From positions 111,025 to 175,024 of the forward strand of contig JBAYUF010000003.1 of assembly GCA_041675205.1 (NCBI GenBank): a stretch of DNA of 64,000 nt, read 5' to 3'. This stretch comes from Patescibacteria group bacterium. GTDB taxonomy: Bacteria > Patescibacteriota > Patescibacteriia > GWA2-46-9. Below the pieces are notes generated by a model. That model was not told where the DNA came from. It was given only the letters and a program-made list of their open reading frames with translations, and did not search any database. This document shows, piece by piece, positions 56,780 to 64,000 of the stretch (its first letter is position 1; every line of letters starts with the position of its first letter). The translations under genes were made by a program, and so were the position numbers.

Positions 56780-58282
56780 TTATTTTCCTTTCGTAAGGCT
56801 GGTGTATGCTCGCTCCACTCTCTCCAGAGACACTTCCCGGCCAAGTACAGTCAAATATATAAACGGGCTTGGGCTTTTTGCCTGGCCGGATAGTGCAACG
56901 CGGAGCGGCCAAAGCACGTCCCCCACTGAACGCCCTTCCTCTGCGATCCATTCTCGCAGTTTCTTTTCAAGTTCTTCAGCATTTCCATACATAGAATCCG
57001 GCAGCGTTCCCAGGTATTCTTTTACCGACTGTAGTATCACTGCCGTACTAGTAGCAGTACTCCCCTTCCAGAGTAATAATTCTGTTTCGTACTCCCGTGC
57101 ATCACTTAACATTTCAGCCACCAGTCCCGGCGCGTCCGCAAGTGTTTGCATCCTATCAACCGTGCCACGTAAGGCGGCTGAAATCATATGCCGACTCACT
57201 ATGTTGCCACTGGCGGTTTTAAAGTTGCCGTTTGCTTCAGTAACAACGTTACTGGCGATGAGAAACGGCAATGTTCGCTCGGTCAGTTCATTTTCTGGCA
57301 TGGCTCGCAGGTATTGCTGATTCATCCATTGCAACTTCTCCATGTTAAATATTGCACCGGCTTTATTGACATCCGCCAACTCAAACAGACCACACAGTTC
57401 AGTCAAAGAGTATAGTTCCCTATCAGTTTTCGGGTGCCAGCCGAGGAGCGCCAAAAAATTTATTAAAGCTGGCTGCACGTAGCCCTGCTCTTGAAACCCA
57501 GCCGCCGCTGCTGCACCATGCCGCTTACTTAATTTCAATCTATCGGTGCCGAGAATGAGTGGCACATGCGCATACTGTGGCGGTTGCCAACCAAATGCGG
57601 CATACGTAACGAGATGCTTCGGCGTCGACGGTAACCATTCTTCCCCGCGAATGACCTGATTAATTTCCATCAAGTGATCGTCGACCACGCTCGCCAAGTG
57701 ATACGTCGGCCAGCCGTCAGACTTTAGAAGCACAGGGTCATCGAGCAACGCATTTTGAAAATTTACCTCGCCGCGAATACTATCTATAAATTTGGTACCT
57801 CCTTCTCGTGGCATACGTAATCGCACGACATGCGGCTCCTGTTCAGCTCGGGCATTTGCCTCGGCAACTGCTAATTCCCTACAGGCGCCATCATAGCCAG
57901 TTGGTGCATGCCGAAGTTCTTGTTCCTTACGAACCTGAGCCAGTCGCTCTGCTGAGCAGAAGCAACGGTACCCTGAACCATTGGCGAGAAGCTGCCGAGC
58001 GTGCTCTTGGTATAAGGCTAGTCTGTCCGACTGGCGGTACGGCCCATATGGTCCGCCAATGTCTGGACCCTCGTCGTACTGTATTCCGTACCAGTGCAGT
58101 GTTTCAATGAGGCGCTCTTCAGCCCCAACGACAAACCTATTTCTATCGGTATCTTCAATGCGTAAAATAAACTTGCCGCCCGTATGTTTTGCATACATAT
58201 AACCAAAGAGCGCCATCCACACGCCACCAATATGGAGCTCTCCCGTGGGGGAAGGCGCAAAACGGGTACGAATATTATTCAT
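56780..58282 (-). CDS. gltX: Glutamate--tRNA ligase
   Basis: RFAPSPTGELHIG, RIEDTD, RGEEW, KLSKRHG. Confidence 0.97.
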   Translation of the reverse strand: MNNIRTRFAPSPTGELHIGGVWMALFGYMYAKHTGGKFILRIEDTDRNRFVVGAEERLIETLHWYGIQYDEGPDIGGPYGPYRQSDRLALYQEHARQLLANGSGYRCFCSAERLAQVRKEQELRHAPTGYDGACRELAVAEANARAEQEPHVVRLRMPREGGTKFIDSIRGEVNFQNALLDDPVLLKSDGWPTYHLASVVDDHLMEINQVIRGEEWLPSTPKHLVTYAAFGWQPPQYAHVPLILGTDRLKLSKRHGAAAAAGFQEQGYVQPALINFLALLGWHPKTDRELYSLTELCGLFELADVNKAGAIFNMEKLQWMNQQYLRAMPENELTERTLPFLIASNVVTEANGNFKTASGNIVSRHMISAALRGTVDRMQTLADAPGLVAEMLSDAREYETELLLWKGSTATSTAVILQSVKEYLGTLPDSMYGNAEELEKKLREWIAEEGRSVGDVLWPLRVALSGQAKSPSPFIYLTVLGREVSLERVERAYTSLTKGK

Positions 58283-59519
58283 AGGATTGCTTCAGTGTTT
58301 CAGGTAGGTGTGTTAGCGCAAGCGCCACAATTGGTCGACGAACGGGATGCACGAACTGCATAAGGTCCTTTTGCGAAACCCATTGCCAAGCATCATGTTC
58401 AATAGTATCTAGTGTAATCTCTGTTTCTAAACCCGTAAACTGTAGGTAGACAATTGTTTGTGCCTGTCCTTTGTAGGCACTCCGCCTGCTAAAATTGATG
58501 CCCTGATTGTTCGCTTGATATCGGCGCTTCCAGGAATAACGGTAAAGATTTTCCGCTGTTCTCCCAATCACTGTCAGACTAACCATACCAACTTCTTCTT
58601 TTACCTCTCGAAGGGCTGCCATCTCGATGGTCTCTCCAGACTCCCGACCGCCCTGCGGCAGCTGCCAATGATTCTGATCGCTTACCCGCGAGACAGCCAG
58701 AATGTCTTTATTTGCATTTACAATACACGCCACAACATTCGATCGATAGCGAATTGTACTTTTGGTTGTCCAGGCAATAGCGACGAGTGGGAAAAATGCG
58801 ATAGCGGTGAGAATCCTTCGCCATCGACTTGGTTGTTGTAAAAGTCGCCAGAGCCACTCCAGGTGCAGTCGACGTAGAAATCGTGGCGCCCTCTGAACCG
58901 TACCAGCCAGATAGTCGAGCGTGCCGCCTACCCCCATTGCCACCCGTACTGAGGGTAGTGCGGGTTGAAATGCCGCTATCCACCGTTCTTGCACTCCGTG
59001 ACCCAAGGCAACAAACAAGACATCCGGCCGAGACGCTCGAATAGCGGCAAGTACTTCTTCGTGCGCTGCTGTATTCAGCACGGTAAGGATATCGGCAGAA
59101 ACGGTATATGTGTTGCGGGGCGGTTCAAATGTGCCAACGACGTTTGCACCGAACTGCTGTCGGGCTTTCGTAGCCGCTAGCTCCCCTACCCCGCCTTCAG
59201 CACCAAGAAAAAAGAAACGCGTTTCCGGTGGCAATTCTTTTAATAAACTTTCAACGAAATCTGCACCAGCAATTTTTTCTGGAAGCGGAACGCCAGCTAA
59301 TTTGGCAGCAAAATATAAACCGCTACCGTCAGTTATGCTGAGGCTTGCTCCATCCAATACATTGCGAAAGCCAGCATGTTTAATGGCCATCACGGCCATT
59401 TCTGGATTCGGCGTTATAATATAGTACTGTCCATTGTTATGTAGCCAACCGGATACTTTAGAAACCGCAGCTTTGTGGGTTACAACATCCAGTGGAATTG
59501 AATACGCATAGTTTCTCAT
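58275..59519 (-). CDS. WecB/TagA/CpsF glycosyltransferase fused to an RppH-like Nudix domain
   Basis: TPNPE, DG, VALG...QE.W, GVGG..D, LEWLWRL; then YRSNV, WQLPQGG..GE...A.REVKEEVG, YKGQ.Q. Confidence 0.88.
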   Translation of the reverse strand: MRNYAYSIPLDVVTHKAAVSKVSGWLHNNGQYYIITPNPEMAVMAIKHAGFRNVLDGASLSITDGSGLYFAAKLAGVPLPEKIAGADFVESLLKELPPETRFFFLGAEGGVGELAATKARQQFGANVVGTFEPPRNTYTVSADILTVLNTAAHEEVLAAIRASRPDVLFVALGHGVQERWIAAFQPALPSVRVAMGVGGTLDYLAGTVQRAPRFLRRLHLEWLWRLLQQPSRWRRILTAIAFFPLVAIAWTTKSTIRYRSNVVACIVNANKDILAVSRVSDQNHWQLPQGGRESGETIEMAALREVKEEVGMVSLTVIGRTAENLYRYSWKRRYQANNQGINFSRRSAYKGQAQTIVYLQFTGLETEITLDTIEHDAWQWVSQKDLMQFVHPVRRPIVALALTHLPETLKQSYE

Positions 59520-59561
59520 TACGGGTATGCTACCAGGAAGACCGAATAAGCTGAAATGCTA

Positions 59562-59590
59562 TTGACGCTCAACCAAAGCTTTTCTACTAT
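59562..59590 (+). promoter_or_regulatory. Sigma70-type promoter of clpB
   Basis: TTGACG-17 bp-TACTAT. Confidence 0.75.
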
Positions 59591-59594
59591 TCTT

Positions 59595-59621
59595 TTAGCA
59601 CTCAATTTGCTCGAGTGCCAA
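59595..59621 (+). promoter_or_regulatory. CIRCE element (HrcA operator)
   Basis: TTAGCACTC-N9-GAGTGCCAA, one mismatch to consensus, between the promoter and the clpB ATG. Confidence 0.92.
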
Positions 59622-59624
59622 AAT

Positions 59625-62279
59625 ATGACCAACTTCACCAATAAATCTCAAGAAGCACTCCAGCGCGCCTATCACTTAGCGGCTGAGCACGGACATCAGC
59701 AAATAGAAGCTGGTCACCTTCTCGCGGCGCTCCTTCTACAAGAGGCCAGCATTGTTATACCTATTTTAAAACGTCTAGAAATCCCCACCACCAAACTGAA
59801 GAGCAGTGTGTCTGAATTGCTTGAAACCTACCCCAGAGTGGCTGGTGGCGGAGCGGCACAAATCTACCTCAGTCAATCCATGGGGGATGTTATGAAACGC
59901 GCTGAAGCCGAAGCCGCAAACATGAAGGATGAATACATCAGCACCGAGCATCTATTTTTAGCATTGACCGACGTCACGAGCCCTGCACAAAAGTTACTAA
60001 ACACCATAGGGGTCAACTATGCGGACGTACTGCGTGTTTTAGTTGACGTGCGAGGCAATCAACGGGTAACCGACGCAGAGCCAGAAAGTAAATTTCAAGC
60101 TCTTGAAAAGTATGCAAAAAACTTAACTGCCTTAGCACGGCAGAATAAACTTGACCCTGTTATTGGCCGCGACGACGAAATTCGGCGCGTCATGCAAGTT
60201 TTATCCAGACGCACTAAAAATAACCCGGTCCTGATTGGTGAAGCGGGTACTGGTAAAACAGCTATCGCGGAAGGTCTGGCGCAGCGCATTGCCAGTGGTG
60301 ACGTTCCTGAAACACTCAAAGACAAAGAGCTCGTTGCTCTTGATCTTGGTTCTCTATTAGCTGGTGCAAAATTTAGGGGTGAATTTGAAGATCGATTAAA
60401 AGCCGTGCTACGCGATATTGACAGCGCCGCTGGCAAGATACTTTTATTTATTGATGAACTACATACGCTGGTTGGTGCCGGGGCAGCTGAAGGCGCCATC
60501 GACGCCGCCAACATGCTAAAACCAGCGCTCGCCCGAGGTGAACTGCATGCTATCGGTGCCACTACCCTATCCGAATACCAACGCTTTATTGAAAAGGATG
60601 CAGCACTCGAACGTCGATTCCAGCCAGTGTACGTGGGCGAACCATCGATCGAAGATACCATTGCGATTCTCCGCGGACTCAAAGAACGCTATGAAATTCA
60701 TCATGGAGTGCGAATTACAGACGCGGCAGTTGTGGCCGCGGCTGAATTATCACATCGATACGTTACAGAGCGTTTCTTGCCAGACAAAGCGATTGATCTT
60801 ATCGACGAAGCGGCTTCGGCGCTCAGAATGGAAATTGATAGTCTTCCGACCGAGCTCGATAAACTTGAACGAAAAATACGGCAGCTTGAAATTGAGCGGG
60901 AGGCATTAAAAAAAGAAACTGATGCGACGTCACAAGCGCGACTAACAACCCTCGAGGCCGAACTAGCTTCCCTTAAAGAACGGTCAAACCAACTTTCAAT
61001 TCACTGGAAAAGCGAAAAGGAAACGATTGGCAAGATACGCGCCGCTAAAAAACGGGTTGATGAACTCCGACAGGAAGCGGAGTCAGCTGAGCGTAATTCT
61101 GAATTTCAGCGAGTTGCAGAAATTCGCTATGGTGAAATTCCTGCTCGAGAAACAGAAATTAAAACTCACGAAGGTCAACTATTTGATTTGGAAAAGGAAA
61201 CGGGCCAACGTATTTTGAAGGAGGAGGTCATGGCCGAGGATATTGCCAGCGTTGTTGCGAGATGGACGGGCATTCCAGTCGAAAAAATGCTGGAAGCAGA
61301 AAGCGAAAAATTAGTCCGCGCCGAAGCCGAATTATCAAAACGGGTCGTTGGCCAGCGCGACGCAATCAGTGCCGTGGCGAACGCCCTCCGTCGTTCTCGA
61401 GCAGGTATAGGCGAAGAGGGTCGCCCAATCGGCAGCTTCCTATTCGTTGGACCGACCGGCGTTGGAAAAACTGAATTAGCTCGAGCACTCGCCACCTTCA
61501 TGTTCAATGATGAGCAAGCGGTTATTCGTGTGGACATGTCGGAATACATGGAGCGACACAGTGCTGCAAAGTTTATTGGTTCGCCGCCAGGGTACGTTGG
61601 CTACGAAGAAGGCGGACAGCTAACGGAGAAAATACGTCGCCGACCATATGCGGTCGTGCTTTTTGATGAAATAGAAAAAGCACATGAGGATGTCTTTAAT
61701 TTGCTACTCCAGATATTAGAGGATGGTCGATTAACGGACGCTCGTGGACGCACCGCAAACTTCAAAAACACTATCATCATTATGACTTCAAACCTCGGCA
61801 ACAGCCTCATTGAAGAGTTCAATCTCGGTTTTGAAGGTAATAAAATTTCTGTTGCAAAAGCTCGTGAAGAGCAACTCATTGAACAGGTTCAGCTGGCCGT
61901 GCGTAATCATTTCAAGCCAGAATTCATAAACCGCATCGATGATATTGTTGTATTCCATCACCTTTCAAAGGCTGATATGGAGCACATAATTGACCTGCAG
62001 CTAGAACTCGTATCAAAACGACTTCAAGCAAAAGCCATTGTTATTACTGTCAGCGAGAAAGCTAAACAGCATCTCATGGAACAAAGTTACAGTATTGAAT
62101 TTGGCGCGCGTCCACTTAAACGCGCTATTCAGTCTACTATTCTAGATGAAATTGCCCGACGCATTGTCAGTGGAGAACTACCGGCGGGAAGCCAAGTACT
62201 CGTGGATAATGACAAGAACGGATTTACTTTCAAAGTAACTACGGCAAAGAAAACCAAACGACGCACCACTACGAAGTAG
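59625..62279 (+). CDS. clpB: Chaperone ClpB
   Basis: [22 protein letters not shown], coiled-coil M domain, [19 protein letters not shown]. Confidence 0.96.
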   Translation: MTNFTNKSQEALQRAYHLAAEHGHQQIEAGHLLAALLLQEASIVIPILKRLEIPTTKLKSSVSELLETYPRVAGGGAAQIYLSQSMGDVMKRAEAEAANMKDEYISTEHLFLALTDVTSPAQKLLNTIGVNYADVLRVLVDVRGNQRVTDAEPESKFQALEKYAKNLTALARQNKLDPVIGRDDEIRRVMQVLSRRTKNNPVLIGEAGTGKTAIAEGLAQRIASGDVPETLKDKELVALDLGSLLAGAKFRGEFEDRLKAVLRDIDSAAGKILLFIDELHTLVGAGAAEGAIDAANMLKPALARGELHAIGATTLSEYQRFIEKDAALERRFQPVYVGEPSIEDTIAILRGLKERYEIHHGVRITDAAVVAAAELSHRYVTERFLPDKAIDLIDEAASALRMEIDSLPTELDKLERKIRQLEIEREALKKETDATSQARLTTLEAELASLKERSNQLSIHWKSEKETIGKIRAAKKRVDELRQEAESAERNSEFQRVAEIRYGEIPARETEIKTHEGQLFDLEKETGQRILKEEVMAEDIASVVARWTGIPVEKMLEAESEKLVRAEAELSKRVVGQRDAISAVANALRRSRAGIGEEGRPIGSFLFVGPTGVGKTELARALATFMFNDEQAVIRVDMSEYMERHSAAKFIGSPPGYVGYEEGGQLTEKIRRRPYAVVLFDEIEKAHEDVFNLLLQILEDGRLTDARGRTANFKNTIIIMTSNLGNSLIEEFNLGFEGNKISVAKAREEQLIEQVQLAVRNHFKPEFINRIDDIVVFHHLSKADMEHIIDLQLELVSKRLQAKAIVITVSEKAKQHLMEQSYSIEFGARPLKRAIQSTILDEIARRIVSGELPAGSQVLVDNDKNGFTFKVTTAKKTKRRTTTK

Positions 62280-62991
62280 TACTGTTGGCATTGTCCGATG
62301 GTATAGAAAGTAAACTGTAATACAGTAAGCTCGTACCCAAAACCATAAGTACTGCGCCCATTATTAAGCGGGTGATATCAAATGCAGTGTGCGCTCCGGT
62401 TGTGGTCAGTACTGACACGGCCGTTATCAATAGAGCCAACATACCGCCAGCCATGGAGAACGACCGTCGTCGCACTATTTTATCTGAATGAGCACGAACC
62501 CCGAGAAGAAAAAAAGTTAGAACAAAAGAAAAAGTGGTAATTCCGGCAACAATTCCTGTCATGGCGCGTAACCACTGAGATGTCTGCGGCCACCAAAACA
62601 CGTATGGGCCGAACGTCTCACGAATACTTGCTTCAGGACTCAGGACTATACCAATGCAGTAAACGAGACCGATAGTGGTAATAATGATACCCGCCACCAC
62701 ACCAGCTTCTCTACGGTTTAAAAAAACAGCGGGAATTTGTATAAGAATAACGCAACTTGCGTAAACGATTACGCTGCCCAAAAAATCAACTACTGCATTA
62801 CCTGCTCCAGTTCGTACCAGAAGCTCGGGCAGAGCATAAACGGCAAACATGACCGTCAATACCCAAAACCAAGCTACAAATAATCGCAACGCATCGCTCG
62901 TATGTTGATGTCGCATTTGCATAAGTCGCACCGTTACGACGGCGCTTATCAGAGCGCAAATGGCGCTGGCAATTGATACGATGGGTAGCAT
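62269..62991 (-). CDS. Hypothetical polytopic membrane protein (about 7 TM)
   Basis: 240 aa from ATG 62991; hydrophobic helices. Confidence 0.72.
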   Translation of the reverse strand: MLPIVSIASAICALISAVVTVRLMQMRHQHTSDALRLFVAWFWVLTVMFAVYALPELLVRTGAGNAVVDFLGSVIVYASCVILIQIPAVFLNRREAGVVAGIIITTIGLVYCIGIVLSPEASIRETFGPYVFWWPQTSQWLRAMTGIVAGITTFSFVLTFFLLGVRAHSDKIVRRRSFSMAGGMLALLITAVSVLTTTGAHTAFDITRLIMGAVLMVLGTSLLYYSLLSIPSDNANSTTS

Positions 62992-63058
62992 TAAAAAAGT
63001 ATACCACACGCGGGTCAGCGCAGTAACATAAGGCTGAACAACCCTGTATACTATCCGT

Positions 63059-64000
63059 ATGTCATTCGCGAATATAACCCCACGAATTCGACTGCCGAGA
63101 CACGTTCGGCAGTGCTTCACGTACGCAGTACCTGAGGGTCTAGAACCAGCAAAGGGGTCGCTTGTTATAGTGCCATTCAGAAATCGACTGGTGCTGGGCG
63201 TTGTCGACACTGTGGTGGCAAAAACAACCATTAAAAATAAACTACAAACGATTTCACAAATTCTTACCTATGCAGCATTAACAAAAACTCAGCAGTGGCT
63301 ACGTAAAGAACTTGTCAATTACTACGGGGCAACGGAAACTACCGCACTCACTACCCTCTTACCCGATTTGGCACGCCGGCCAGAGATGCACGCCGTGGCA
63401 GCAGTAAAAAAAATAACAAGCATAACACGACAAAAAAAGCCTCTGCTGCCCTTGTCACAAAGTGCCATACTGACGGGTGTACTTCCAAACCCCACCGATG
63501 ACCTTTACGTAGCCCGAACGAAAAGCGCAATTCGTCTGGATCAGCAGTCACTTATACTCCTTCCTGATAGCGAAGAACTATTTCAGGTTACGGCGGCGTA
63601 CAAAAAATTTTGTCGGGCTGAACTGTGGCACGGCAGTCTGTCGCGTACGGAAAGCGCCAGAATTTATAGAAGCGTTGCGCGTGGTGATGTGGAGGTGATT
63701 GTGGGTACACGAAGTGCTCTTTTTTTGCCTTTCGTGAACCTGGGTAATATTATGGTGCACTACCCGACCGCTGACGGACACCGTTCGTGGGACATGCAGC
63801 CGCATTATGACGCCACCGTTTTAGCAAGCACCATGGCTAGTGCATTAAAAATACCTATTTTGGTTTCTTCCACGGTGGCACCAACGACGCTTCTCAACGC
63901 ACTTCCCGTTGCTCATCAAACTGAAAAGCAACGGCGTATTATTATAGCTGATCGTCGGGCTGTACATTCCAAAGAACGACAGCATCCGCTTGATTCAAAT
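63059..64000 (+). CDS. priA: Primosomal protein N' (PriA)-like, runs off the window edge; absent from the ORF track
   Basis: Own translation: FTYAVP..GSLVIVPFRNR..LGVV (3' DNA-binding domain), HGSLS, VIVGTRSALFLPF, PHYDA. Confidence 0.85.
   Translation, partial: MSFANITPRIRLPRHVRQCFTYAVPEGLEPAKGSLVIVPFRNRLVLGVVDTVVAKTTIKNKLQTISQILTYAALTKTQQWLRKELVNYYGATETTALTTLLPDLARRPEMHAVAAVKKITSITRQKKPLLPLSQSAILTGVLPNPTDDLYVARTKSAIRLDQQSLILLPDSEELFQVTAAYKKFCRAELWHGSLSRTESARIYRSVARGDVEVIVGTRSALFLPFVNLGNIMVHYPTADGHRSWDMQPHYDATVLASTMASALKIPILVSSTVAPTTLLNALPVAHQTEKQRRIIIADRRAVHSKERQHPLDSN

Noticed and set aside
60095-60682. 195 aa minus-strand ORF and similar antisense ORFs within clpB, dnaB, gltX and mreB
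   Set aside because: Shadows of well-conserved genes on the opposite strand
1-64000. Alternative genetic code (TGA read as Gly or Trp)
   Set aside because: Conserved genes are full length in code 11 and several end at TGA with ATGA overlaps

Overview
Bacterial chromosomal segment read in the standard genetic code. The densely packed, AT-led, mostly SD-less genes and the gene set suggest a Patescibacteria/CPR genome (inference). It has housekeeping blocks at about 0-18.4 kb (membrane Clp ATPase, glycosyltransferases, mreB, rplU, recR, dnaB, ftsB-like, ftsEX) and 43.7-64 kb (Kef-type antiporter, htrA, ndh, greA, lysS, serS, ftsQ-like, M23 peptidase, gltX, CIRCE-preceded clpB, partial priA). 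Between them lies a ~25 kb, almost fully co-oriented accessory region anchored at tRNA-Gln with no integrase. It carries a HEPN protein, a type IIS-like R-M system with a RadC-methyltransferase fusion, five Nudix genes, a PEP-utilising enzyme and many small enzymes. The most unusual signals are non-coding. (1) A family of 135-195 nt structured elements with compensatory base changes lies directly 3' of three different tRNA ends. (2) Three mini-units follow tRNA-Gln in tandem, each ending in a regenerated tRNA 3' end; two also carry an antisense T-arm copy and a degenerate tRNA-like body. (3) A symmetric dif-like 28-mer and an inverted half-site lie at 54.2-54.6 kb, where gene orientation and apparent GC skew switch. 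All assignments come from motifs read by eye; no database searches were run.
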